Shown one piece after another: positions 42,501 through 55,700 of a stretch of 64,000 nucleotides of DNA (the first letter of the stretch is position 1; each line of letters opens with the position of its first letter). Origin of the DNA: Scenedesmus sp. PABB004 (Eukaryota); the NCBI GenBank assembly GCA_014905635.1, contig JABVCE010000029.1:186001-250000 (forward strand), in the 5' to 3' direction. The position numbers were made by a program, and so were the translations under genes. Under the pieces are notes generated by a model. That model was not told the DNA's origin. It was given only the letters and a program-made list of their open reading frames with translations, and did no database searches.

Positions 42501-43698
42501 GCGCACCGCCCGCCGGGCTCGCCGCGCTGAGCGTGCGCTCCGCCCGCCCCGTGCCACCCATCTCTCGCCGCAGGTCATCTTCCACCACTACGTGCGCGAC
42601 CTGGAGGCGGTGCAGGCGCAGTACGAGGCCCACAAGCACCGCCCGCCGGTGCCGCGCAACGCGCCGCCGATCGCGGGCAACATCATGTGGGCGCGCCAGC
42701 TGCTGCGGCGCATCGAGGAGCCGATGACGGGCTTTGCGCAGAACAAGGCGCTGATGGCGCTCAAGGAGAGCAAGCGCGTCATCAAGATGTACAACCGGGT
42801 GCGGCGCGTGCTGCGCGCGCTGCGCGCTGCGCGCCCGCGCTGCGCGCTGCGCGCCCGCGCTGTGCACGAAAGGAAGCGCGTCGCGGGCCAGCACGCGGCA
42901 GGGTGGTGCGCGTGGCGGTAGAGCGGCCGGCCACTCAGCCCGCGTCGCCGCTCACCCCTGTGTGCCGCCCCCCCCCCCCCCCCCTCGCCGCAGGTGGCCA
43001 AGGCGCTGGTTGAGTTTGAGACGCTGTACCACCAGGCCTGGCTCAAGGGCATCGACCAGGCGCGGTCGGGGCTGGGCGCGCCGCTGCTGGTGCGCCACCC
43101 CGACACTGGCGCGCTGCTGGTCAACCTGGACAAGGATCTCATGCAGCTCATACGGTGCGGGGGCTGGCCTGGCAGCGCAGGGCGGGGCTTGCTGGCGGCC
43201 GCCCAACTGGCTGGCGGCTGCGCGCTCTGCCGCCGCGCCGAGGCCTGCCGGCCTGCTGCGCGCGGCCGGCGCCCGAGCCCCGCACCTTTGCTCACGCCCG
43301 CGCCCGCCCGCGCCGCGTGCCGCAGCGAGGCCAAGTACCTGCAGCTCATCGGCGTGCACGTTCCCGAGGCCGCGCGCACGCTACTGCTGCAGGAGGAGAA
43401 GTTTAAGTTCTACTTTGCCGCCCTCTCCGCCACCGTCGCGGCGCACGAGGCCGTGCTGGGCCGCATCCCGCCCGTCGCGCGGCCGCTGCTGCGCCCGCAC
43501 CTGGAGGACCTGGAGAAGAAGGCGGCGCCGGGGCTGCTCATCCTCACCTGGGCGAGCATGAACATCGACGGCTACCTCCACCGCTTCAAGCAGGCGCGCG
43601 ATCATTCGCGCGCCCCACGCGCCCGTGCCCGCGCCCGGCGGGCCGAGGCAGGCCGGGGCAGGCCGAGGCAGCCGCGGCCCGGCGCGCCGCCCACGCCC

Positions 43699-43729
<31 letters not shown>

Positions 43730-46700
43730 GACCGCGTCGTCACGTCGTTGTTGTTCCCCGCCAGGGCCTGGCGCGGCTCGAGGAGCTCGTGCGCAAGGTC
43801 AACGACGTGGACGGCCGCATCGCGGCCAACCTCGAGGCGGTGCAGGACACGCTGCTCGTGGAGCTGCCCGCCGACCGGTGACCGCGCGCGCGCGCGGGGC
43901 GCGGGCCAGCTGCGCCACGGCAACGCGCGGGGCAGCATCAGCAGCCAGCCCGCCGCCTGCCCAGGAGGAGGCGGCCGAGGCGCTCCCGCTGAGGCCCACC
44001 CCGGGCCCGCCTCGCGCCGTGCGCAGGTCGTTCACGTACGACGAGTTCCTGGCGGCGCAGGAGCGCTTCCAGGCGTCGCAGGCGGAGGCGCTCGCGGTCC
44101 GCAACGAGGAGGTGGCGCGCGTGGTGGACGACGTCGTCGCGCTCGTCGAGGTGCGAGCGCGCGCGCCCGGGAGCTAGCAGCAGCTCTGCCTGGGCAGCCG
44201 CTGCCGCCGTGGGGGGCGCGCGTGCCGACGCCCCCCCCCCCCGCCGCCGCCGCCGTACTCGCTGCGCAGGGCGCGCCGCGGGAGAACCCCGACGTCACGA
44301 TCGAGCCGCGCGAGGTGGAGGCGTTCCGGGGCTACTACAGCTCGCTCATGTACAAGGTGCGGCAACGCACATGGCGCCAGCACGGCCGCAGCGCGCCGCC
44401 AGCCCAGCAGCAGCCCCGCCCCGCAGCCCCCGCGTCTGACTGAGCCTGCCGCGCCGCGCCGCGGCGCCGCAGTCCATCCTGCTCGCGACGCAGCGCAGCT
44501 TTGCGGCGATGAAGCGCCGCCTCGGCAGCAAGGCGGCGACGGGCGTGTTCTACATGGAGCGGCCCTTCTTCGACGTCGACGTGGAGCTGCAGGTGCGCCG
44601 ACCCCCGCCGACCGCTCAACCCCGCCGCCTGCCCAGCCGCCAGCCGCGCCGCCGGCCCGCGCTGACCGCCGACCACCGCGCCCACCGCGCTGAACGCCGG
44701 CCCTGCGCCGCGCCAGGTGCCGTCCATCGTGCTCAACCCCACGCTCGGCGGCATCCAGGACGCCATCAACGCGACGGCCAAGGCCATCCTGCAGGCCAGC
44801 CGGCGCCTGCGGTGCTGGGGCATGGCGGGCGGGCCGCCGACGTACCATGACCTCATCGCCCGCGACAAGGCGCGCCTGGGAGCCTGTCTGGGGCCTGGCT
44901 GGGGCCTGGAGGGCCTGGGCCGCCAGCCCCCGCCCGCGGCGCGCGGCGCGCGCACGCGGTGTGCAGGCCCTGTGACGTGCGCTGACCGTGGTGCCGCTGC
45001 ACCCGCCGCAGGAGGTGGTCAAGTCGGTGCTGCTGCTCACGGGCAGCGTGGAGGGCATCAAGGCGAGCGTCGCCGACTACCTGTCGCGCTTTGACAAGTA
45101 CGCGTTCCTGTGGACGCAGTCGCTGCAGGTGCGTCGCGGCGCGGCCGCGCGGCTGCGCCTCGCGCTGCGCACACCGAGCGCGCCGGGGCCCACAGCACAC
45201 TGAGCACTGCCGCCGCCGCGTCGCTGCCGCCTCCACCACTGCCCAGGCCGCGTACGACGCCTTCATGGCCACGGGCCCCAGCCTCGAGGCGTTTGAGGGC
45301 GAGCTGCGCAAGTACATGGCGATCGACACCGAGGTCGCGGCCATACCCGCGGTCCACAACATCGGTGCGCGCCGCGCGCTGCGCCTGCGTGGGGGCACGC
45401 AGGCGCCAGGCGAGGGGCCAGCCTCGCCGGCGGGGCACAGGCGCGGGCGGCGACCGACCCCGGCGCCTGGCGCTGGCTGCAGGCTCGCTGTCGCTCGAGA
45501 CGGTGCCGCTCAAGACGAGCCTCAAGGCCGAGGCGGCGAGCTGGAAGGCGCAGTTTGCCCAGAACCTGCACCGCAAGAGCGCGGAGGACCTGAGGGCATT
45601 TGACGCCTACCTCAGGCACGCGCACGCACGCGCGAGCGAGGGGGAGGGGGGGACTGGTTGGCGCGGGCGCCTGACGCCGCGCGCACGTGCGTGGCCAGCT
45701 GACGTGCGGCGCTGAGACGCCTGCGCGCGCGCCCGCCTGCTCGCGCCCGCCGCGCAGCGACACCACGCTCAAGCTCAGCCGCAAGGTGGAGGACCTGGAG
45801 GACGTGCGCTACCTGGTCAACGTGCTGGACGAGGTGCGGCGCGCGCGGGGCAGCGCCTGCAGGGGCTCTTGCAGCTAGCTGCGCGCGCGCCCGTGCTGTG
45901 CTGCGCTGAGCGCGGGTCGCCGCCGCGCCCAGGTCCGCGAGCGTGAGGCCGACGTCGACGCGCTGATCGCGCCGATTGAGGACATGTACAGCCTGCTCCT
46001 GCGCTACGAGGTGACCGCGGCGGTTGTGAGGGGCGCGCGGCCGCAGCCAAGCCCGCGCAGCACGCGCTGCGCCAGCAGCAGCGCTCCAGAGGCGCAGCAG
46101 CCAGTCAACGGTCTGCACGCGCCCCGCCTGCCCACCGCCCGCACGCAGGTCCGCGTGCCCAAGGAGGAGACGGGCATGGTGTCGGACCTGCGCTACGGCT
46201 GGAAGAAGCTGCGCAAGCTCGCGACCGACACGAGCGACAACCTCGCGCGCCTCCAGGTGGGCCGCAAACAAACAGCCCGGGCGGGCGCGCGGGCGCGCGC
46301 TACGCGCGGCCTGGCGGGCCGCCGCGCCCCGGTTACCCAGCCCGCCGCGCGTGCCGCCGCCCTGAACCCGCAGGTCGGGTTCAAGCGCGAGCTGGTCAAG
46401 GAGGTCGCCGCGTTTGTGGCGGACGCACAGGCCTTCCGCCGCGACTGGGAGGCGGCGGGGCCGATGGTGCCGGGGCTGGAGCCGATGGAGGCGGTGGACC
46501 GGCTCAAGAAGTTCCAGCAGATGTTCGAGGTGCGCGGGGTCGAGGCCGCCCAGCCCAGGCGCAGCGCGGCGGCCGCCGTGATGCCCACGCGCCGCCCGCG
46601 CTGCACGCACCACGTGCACCGCAGGTGCGCAAGCGAAAATGGGAGAGCTACAGCAGCGGCGAGGAGCTGTTCGGCCTGCCCGTCACGCGCTACCCCGAGC

Positions 46701-49700
46701 TGGAGCAGACGGAGAGCGAGGTCTCCATGCTCGACCGGCTCTACAGGCGCGGCTGTTTGGCCGGGGCCTGTGCCTGGCCGGGCGTTTGAAGAGTCCTGGC
46801 CAGGCCTGCGCGCCGCGGCGCCGCCGGCGCAGCGCGCCGACCCCGCCCGCCCGCACGCGCGCCGCCGCCCCCGCCCCCGCCGCGCGCAGCCTGTATGTGA
46901 CCGTGATCGGCACGATCCGGGGCTACGGCGACAACTTCTGGGTGGACGTGGTCGAGCGCGTGGACGAGTGGGGCGAGACGGTGCTGGGCTACCAGGCGGC
47001 CTGCCGCAAGCTGCCCAAGGCGCTGCGCGACTGGCCGGCCTACGTCGACTGCCGCGACACGATCGACAACTTCCTGGAGATGCTGCCCCTCTTCCAGGCA
47101 AGAGAGGGCCCGCGCCGCGCCGCCGCGGGGCGCTTTGGAGGGCGGCGGCGGCGCGGCGCAGGGGGCACGCCCAGGGACTGGCCCCCCTGACCGCCGCCGC
47201 GCCGCCCCGCCCGCCGCGGCCGCCTGCGACAGGCGCTCGCGCACAAGGCGATGCGCGACCGGCACTGGCGGGAGCTGATGGCGATCACGGGTGCGCAGCG
47301 GCGGCGCCGCGCGCCGGCGCGCAGCGCACCGTCCGCCGACGCGCCCTGCACGCGCACCGCCTCAGGCAAGGAGCTGGTGCTGGCGGACGACGTGTTCAAG
47401 CTGCAGCACCTGCTCGACTGCAACATCCTCGCGCACCGCGAGGAGCTGGAGGAGATCACGACCGCGGCGGTCAAGGAGGAGCAGATCGAGACCAAGCTCG
47501 CCGGCATCGAGGCGGACTGGGTCGGCATGAACCTGGTGGGTGTGGGCTGTGGTCGGCGCTGCGCAGGGCGCGCGCTGCGCACGTGCGCATACAGGGCTGG
47601 CTGCCTGGTGGCCGCCACGCCGACCCCGCGCGCCGCATGCCGCGCCGCCGCCAACCTCGCGCAGGTCTTTGCCGACTACAAGACGCGCGGGCCGGTCATC
47701 CTCAAGCCCAGCGACACCGCGGAGCTGATCGAGAAGCTCGAGGACAGCCAGATGCAGCTCGGCAGCATGGCCACCAACAGGCGTGTGCGGGGCGCGCGGG
47801 GGGTGCGGTGCCGGCGTCGCAGAGGGCGCCGGCGCCGCAGTCCCGCCGCTGCCGCGGCCGCCGAGGTTGCCCGCGCCGCCGCCGCGCCGCGCGGCGCCGC
47901 GCAGGTACAGCGCGCCGTTCCGTGAGGCGGTGCAGGGCTGGATCGGCAAGCTGAGCACGGTCAGCGAGATCGTGGAGCAGTGGCTCACGGTGCAGAGCAT
48001 GTGGATGTACATGGAGGCCGTCTTCAGCGGCGGCGACATCGTCAAGCAGCTCCCGGTCGAAGCCAAGCGCTTCCAGAACATCGACAAGAACTACATGAAG
48101 GTGTGTGCGGCGGCGGGGGGCCTGGGCGGGAAGGAGGGCTGCGGGCCGGGCCGGAGGGCTGCGCGCGTGGCGCCGCGCGGCGGGTGTGGCGCGAGGGCAC
48201 AGCGCCGCAACCGCCGCCCTCGTGCGCAGATCGTGACGTCGGCGCTGGAGGCGCCCAACGTCGTCGGCACGTGCGCGGGCGGGGAGCTGCTCAAGAACAT
48301 GCTCCCCCACCTCCTGGAGCAGCTGGAGCTCTGCCAGAAGAGCCTGAGCAGCTACCTGGAGACCAAGCGCGCCGAGTTTCCGCGCTTCTACTTTGTGAGC
48401 GACCCCACGCTGCTCGAGATCCTCTCCCTCGGCAGCGACCCGCCCAGCGTCGTGCCCCACTTCCAGAGCGGGCTCTTCGACTCGCTCACCAACGTGACGT
48501 TTGACAAGGTCGACAAGACGCGCATGCTCGAGATGTTCAGCCAGCAGGGCGAGAAGGCGCGGCGTGCGCGGGGTCGGGGCGGGGGCGCGGCGCCGAGCGC
48601 GGCGCGGGGCTCGCGGGCTGACGCGCTGACGCGTGGCGCGCCGGCATGACCCGCGCAGGTCGAGTTTGAGCGCCCCGTGGACGCCAAGGGCAACATTGAG
48701 GTCTGGCTGCAGCGCCTCGTGGACGGCATGCAAGACACGGTCAAGCAGGCGCGCGGGAGGGCGACGCGCGCCCGCGCGCGCTGCGCGCGCTGCGCGCTGT
48801 GCGTGCTGCGTGTGCTGTGTGTGCGGGCGCCGGCGACCGCGCCCGCACGCGCGCCGCTGCCCGCGCAGGTCATCAAGCGCGCGGTGAAGAACGTGTACGA
48901 GATGGGGCTCGAGGACTTCATATTCGGCCACGCGGCGCAGGCGAGGCGGGGGCACGCGTGCAGACGCGGGCGCGCGGCGCGCGGGTGGCGGGGGGGCTGC
49001 CGGGGCGGTGGCGCGGGCGGTGGCGTGCGGCGGCCCCCGTCCGCAACCCCTCTGCCCACCTGCCCGCCCGCACACACCCCCACCCCAGATTGCGCTGCTG
49101 GGCATCCAGTTCCAGTGGACTGCTGACACGCAGGCGCGCGGCGGCGCGATTGACCCGCTGCGCGCACACGCGCGCGCCTCGCGCGCCGGCAGCGCCGCGC
49201 GGCGTGCCGACTAAAGCCGCGCCGTGCGCGCGCAGGCGGCGCTGTCGGGCGCCAAGACTGACAAGACGGTGATGGTTCGCAACCTCAAGAAGACCGACGC
49301 GCTGCTGCGGTGCGGGCACGCTGCGCGTCGCCGGCTGCGCGGGTGCCCAGCGGCTCGCCAACCGGCCCTCCCTCTGCTGAGCGCCGTCGCCCTGTCCCCC
49401 GCCGTGGCGCTGTCCCCTCGGCCCCCCCTCTGCCCACGCAGGGACATGGTCATGATCACGCTGCGCACCGACCTCACGCGCATCCAGCGCACCAACCTGG
49501 AGACCTGCATCACCGTGCACATGCACCAGAAAGAGTCGACCGAGGACCTCGTCCGCAAGAAGGTGCGCGCCGCGGGCGGCGCGGGGCCGCGCTCTCGTCG
49601 CGTGCGCGGCGGCTGCGGCGCGGCCGCGCCTGGTGCCCACACGCGGTGTGCTGCGCGCCCGCCGCGCGGGCCGCACACGCGCACGCGACTGCACAGGTGC

Positions 49701-52700
49701 GCGACCCGACCGACTTTGAGTGGCTCAAGCAGGTGCGCTTCTACTGGCGCGACGACCGCGACACAACGATCATCTCAATCTGCGACGTCGACTTTGAGTA
49801 CAGGTCAGCGACACGGCGCGGGGCGGCGGGGCGCGGGGCGGCGGGGCGCGGCGCGTTGAGGCGGGCTGCTGCCAGCCAGGCTGGCCTGACCGACCGCGCC
49901 GCCGCCGCGGCCGCCGTCGGGCGCGCGCAGCTACGAGTATCTCGGCGTGAAGGAGCGCCTCGTCATCACGCCCCTCACCGACGTCTGCTACATCACGCTC
50001 AGCCAGGCGCGGGCGGCGAGCGCAGCGCAGCGCAGCATGGGAGACAGGGGGCTGGCGGCACGGCCGCGTGACGCGGCGCGGCGCGCGGCGCGGCGCGCCG
50101 ACCGGCCCGGCCGCGCGCGCAGGCGCTGGGCATGTTCCTGGGCGGCGCGCCGGCGGGGCCCGCGGGCACGGGCAAGACCGAGACGACCAAGGACCTGGGC
50201 AACACGCTGGGCAAGTACGTGGTGGTCTTCAACTGCAGCGACCAGATGGACTACAAGGGCATGGTGCGGGCGGCGAGGGGCTGCCGCGCGCGCGGCGGCA
50301 GTGGGGGACGGCGGCGGCAGCGTGGGAGGCGGCGGGGAGCGGCGAGCGTGCTTGCTGGGTCAAAACACCGCTGCGTCCGCTCGCGCCACCCCCGCAGGGC
50401 AAGATCTACAAGGGCCTGGCGCAGAGCGGGCTGTGGGGGTGCTTTGACGAGTTCAACCGCATCAACCTCGACGTCCTCAGCGTCTGCGCCCAGCAGGCGC
50501 GCGCGCTGGCCGCGCGCCGCGCGCCGCGCCGCGCCGCGCGCCGCGCCGCCGCCAGCGCTCGCTCACGCCCCCCCTCCCGCCCTCCCGCCCTCCCCACCCC
50601 CCCCACACACACACACGCTCACGCGCACAGATCTACTGCATCCTCAGCGCCATCCGCGAGCGCAAGCGCTCGTTCGTCTTCACCGACGGCTCGACCGTCT
50701 CGCTCGACCCGCGCGTCGGGTTTTTCATCACCATGAACCCCGGCTACGCGGGGCGGCAGGAGCTGCCGGAGAACCTCAAGGCCGTCTTCCGCGGCGTGAC
50801 CATGATGGTGCCCAACCGGCAGATCATCATCAAGGCGCGGCGCGCGCGCCGGCGCGGCGGCGGCCGGGGCGTGCTGACCCCTCGCAAGCACCCGCCCGCG
50901 GCGGCCCTCGCAGCCGACAACAGACCGCCCGCGCGGCTGCGCAGCTGACCGCCGCCTCCCCGCCGCGCCGCGCCGCGCCGCTGGCCGCGTCTGCCGCGGC
51001 CGCGCAGGTGAAGCTGGCGGCGTGCGGGTACCAGGAGAACGACGTGCTGAGCAAGAAGTTCTTCGTGCTCTACGGCCTCTGCGAGCAGCAGCTCTCCAAG
51101 CAGGCGCACTGTGCGTCTAGCATGCGCGGCGGCGTGCGCGCGCGTGGCACGGAGTGCAGCGGCGGCGCTCACGCGCCTGCCCCCCTGCCCGCCCACCCCC
51201 GGCGCAGACGACTTTGGGCTGCGCAACATCCTCAGCGTGCTGCGCACCGCGGGCGCGTCCAAGCGCGCCAACCCCGACAAGAGCGAGGTGCGGCGCCGCG
51301 GCGCGGCGCGGCAGCCTCGCCCCCGCGCTCCCGCCCAGCCCGCCTAAACCACGCCTGCCCCCGCCTCCCCGCGCCCCCTGCGCCCCTGCACCACGACCTC
51401 GCCCGCGCCAGGTGTACCTGATGATGCGCACGCTGCGCGACATGAACATGAGCAAGTACGTCGCCGAGGACGTGCCGCTCTTCCTCTCACTCATCGACGA
51501 CCTCTTCCCGGGTGCGGCGCGAGGCGGTGGCTGGCGGGCGGTGCTGGCTGTGGTGGCAGCGACCGAGGCGGCGGCGGGGCGCGCGGCCGCGCGGGGCGGC
51601 AACGCAGCGCGCGCGGCGTGCAGCACGCGGCGCGGCCGCAGACTCCCGCCGCCGCTGCCGCCACCGCAGGGCTCAAGGCCGAGCGCGCGCAGTTCCCCGA
51701 GGTCTCCCGCGCGCTGGAGAAGGTCGCGACGGCGCGGGGCCTGCAGCTGCACCAGAACTGGCTCAACAAGTGCATCCAGCTCTACGAGACCTACCTGGTG
51801 GGCCTGACTGCATTGCATATAGTGATGCGGGCTGCCGCCGCGGCCGCCCCCGCGCGGCCGGCTGCTGGCACGCGGTCTCACTCAGCGCCCCGCGCCGCCG
51901 CCGCCGCCGCGGCTCGCCGCGGCCGCGCCCGGGCGTGCAGGTGCGGCACGGCATCATGCTGGTCGGGTCGAGCGGCGGCGGCAAGACGGCAATCATGGAG
52001 GTCCTTGCCGGCGCGCTGACGGAGCTCGGCACCAAGCACGTCATCTGGCGCATGAACCCCAAGGCCATCACCGCGCCCCAGATGTTTGGCCGCATGGACG
52101 CCGCGACCGGCGACTGGACCGACGGCATCTTTGCCGTGCTCTGGCGCAGGTGACCGCCGCGCTGCCGGCGGTGGAAGCGGCGGCGGCCCCGCGTCGGCGG
52201 GACCGGGGCGCCGGCGCGCGGTGCTGCGGCGCGCCCGCCGACTGACCGCGCGCGCGCCTGCCCCGCACCACGCGCGCCGCCGCGCGCAGGGCGGCGAAGA
52301 ACAAGAACCAGAACACCTGGATCGTCCTGGACGGCCCCGTGGACGCGATCTGGATCGAAAACCTCAACACCGTGCTCGACGACAACAAGGTGCGTGGCTG
52401 TGTGAGTGGGTGTGTGTTTGCCAACCGCCGCCGCCGCGGCCAACCGCCTCTGGACCCACCAACCGCCCCTCAACCGCCCAACCGCGCCCAGGTGCTGACG
52501 CTGGCCAACGGCGACCGCATCCTGATGACGCCCGCGATGAAGGCGATGTTTGAACCGGAGAACCTCAACAACGCGAGCCCTGCCACCGTGTCGCGCGCGG
52601 GTGCGGCTGGCGCCGGCCGCGCGGCGGCGGCTGTCTGCCTGCCTGCGGCGGGCCGTTCCCGCGCGCCACGCGCGCGCGCCTCACTCTGCCCCTGCCTCCG

Positions 52701-55700
52701 ACCCTCCCGCCGCCCGCTGCCCGCCCCGCGCTGCAACCCCCTCCCCGGCAGGCATCATCTACGTCTCCGACAGCGAGCTGGGCTGGGAGCCGGTCGTCAA
52801 GTCGTGGCTCGCGACGCGCGACCCCGCGCAGGCGGCGGGGCTGCGGCCGTGCTTTGACAAGTACGTGGCGCGCATGCTCGACTGGCTGCGCGTCTCGGCG
52901 CGGCCCGTCATGTCCAACGAGACCGCGTGCTCCGTCGGCACGCTGCTCACGCTGCTCGCGGCGACGCTCAAGCGGTGCGCGCCGCGCCGCGCCGCGCCAC
53001 TGCCAGCTGCGGGGCGGCGGTCGGGGGCGGCGCGCGGCGACTGACTGCGCCCGCGCCCCGCGACCACCGCGCCCGCCGCGTTGCTGCCGTGCCAGGTACG
53101 ACGACGCGCATGAGGCGCTGAGCGAGGCCAAGCTGGAGCGCCTCTTCCTCTACGCCCTCACCTGGAGCCTCGGCGGCCTGCTCAGCGAGCGCGAGCGGCC
53201 CGCGTTTGACGCCGAGCTGCGCAGCTTCGCGTCAAACATGCCCCCCAAGTGCGCACCCGCGCTGCAGAGCCGCGCGCCCGGCTGCGTGCGCGCGCTGGGC
53301 GTGCTGTGCGCTCACCCTGGCGCGTGCGGCGCTGTCCCTCCGCCCCCGCAGGGATGGCGAGGGCGACACGATCTACGAGTTCCTGGTCGACGAGCCGGGC
53401 TGCGGCTGGCGGCACTGGGGCAAGTGCGTGCCCGCGTGGGCCTACCCCGTCGCGGAGGAGCGGCCCAAGTTTGCGCAGCTCGTCATCCCGACGCTCGACT
53501 CGGTCAGGTGCGCCGCGCGGCGCGGCGCGGCGCAGCGCGGCGCGGCCCGGAAATGCTCTCCCCGCGTGCACGCCGCGCGACGTCGGCGGCCCCACCACGC
53601 CACCCCGCCGCCGCGTCCGCCGCGCGCCCAGGTACGAGCACCTGCTGGCGCTGGTGCACAGCGTCAAGGGCGCGAGCCTGCTGGTCGGCGGCCCCGGCAC
53701 GGCCAAGACGACCGTGATCAACCAGTTCCTGGGCAAGTTCAACAGCGAGGTGCGGGTTGAAGGCTGGGCGGCACCGTCGGCCGCGTTCGCCGCGCATCCA
53801 CGACGCGGCGGCGGGGCTGCGGCTGCGGCGCACTGCCCGCTCACGCGCCTGCCTGCGCGCCGCCTGGCTACCTCTCCGCCCCTGCCGCGCGGCGCGGCGC
53901 AGAGCATGCTGGCCAAGACCATCACCTTCAGCAGCCTCACCACGCCGGGCATCTTCCAGGTCGCGATCGAGGCCGCGGTGGAGAAGCGGCAGGGCAGGTG
54001 CGCGCTGCGGGCACGGGGCGCGCGGCTGCGCGGCGCGCGCGCTCTGAGGGCGTGGCGCGCGCACGCACGCGCGCACACGCACGCACACGCACACGCGCGC
54101 GCGCGCAGGACGTACGGCCCGCCCGGCGGCAAGGCGATGTGCGTGTTCATCGACGACATCTCCATGCCCGCGGTCAACGAGTGGGGCGACCAGGTCACCA
54201 ACGAGGCCGTGCGCCAGCTGCTGGAGCAGGGCGGCATGTACGGCCTGGAGAAGCCGATCGGCGACATGAAGTACATCGTTGACACCTGCTACGTCGCGGC
54301 GATGAACGCGCCGGGGGGCGGCAAGAACGACGTGCCCAACCGCCTCAAGCGCCAGTTCGCCTGCTTCAACGTCCCGCTGCCGGGCACCGCCGCGATCAAC
54401 GGCATCTTTGGCAAGCTCGTGGAGGGGCGCTTCGGGCGCGACACCTGCAGCGAGGCGGTGGTGCAGGTGCGCGCGCGGGGCCGGGGCTGCGCGCGGGGCG
54501 CGGGCGGGCGCCCGCCGCGCCGCCGCGCGAGCGGCGCTGACCCCTGACCGCCGCCGCCGTCGCCGCCCCGTCACAGGTCGCGCAGCGGCTGGTGCCGATG
54601 ACGGTGACACTGTGGAACCGGACGCAGGCCAAGATGCTGCCCACGCCCGCCAAGTTCCACTACCTGGTGCGCGCGCTGCGCACGCAGGCCGCCGCCGGCT
54701 GGCAGCGCAGCCCGAGCAGCCGCGCCCCACGCTGGCTGGCTGTCTGGGGCTGCCGCTGCCCCGCGGCTAAGCGGCTGGTCGCGCCGCGCCGCCGCGCCGC
54801 GCCGCGCGCAGTTCAACATGCGCGAGCTGAGCAAGGTCTTCCAGGGCGTCATGCTCGCGACGCGCGACAGGCGCGGCGCGCGCAGCACGCGCAGCACGCG
54901 CGGCTCAGCCAGCACCCCGCAGGCGGCAGGACGAGCGCGCGCGCCCCGCGCCGCCGACGCCCCGCGCCGCCCCGGCCGCGCAGGTTCAGCGTCGCCGCGC
55001 TGAGCGGCAGCAGCCCGCCCGCGTTTGGCGGCGGCGTGACCAGCCCGGAGGGCTACCTGCTCGGGCTGTGGGTGCACGAGTGCCGGCGCGTGTTTGCCGA
55101 CAAGCTCGTCAGCGCCGACGACAAGGCGTGGGTGGACCGCGCGATCACCGACCTCTGCCGCGCCGAGTTTGCGCCCGAGCTCTGCAAGCAGGCGCGCCGC
55201 GCCGCGCCGCGGCGCCGCGCTGCGCCCTGGGCCCTGCGCCCTGCCGCCAGTGCTGCCCGAGCGACGCCCCCTCACCGCCCCGCCATGCCTCACCTCACAC
55301 CTGCACGCGCACACTCCCAACCGCCCTGCTAACAACTAGGTTGACGAGCCGCTCTACTTTGTCGACTTCCTGCGCGAGCCGGTCGTGGACGAGGACACGG
55401 GCGAGGTCACGGTCGCGCACCCGAGCTTCTACGAGGCCGTCCCGGGCGGCCTGCCCGAGATCCGGGCGCGCGTCGAGGCGCTGCAGCGCCGCTTCAACGA
55501 GGAGAGCAAGGTGCGCGCCGCGGCGGGGGCGATGGGGCGGGCGCGCGGCAGGCCGGGGCTCCCTGCAAGCGCCGCCGCCCGCCGCTCACGCCCGGTCCCC
55601 TGCGGCCGCCGCACCCGCCGCACGCGCCCGCTCCCCCGCACACGCACGCACGCAGGTGCTGAAGCTCAACCTCGTGCTCTTCACCGACGCGCTGCTGCAC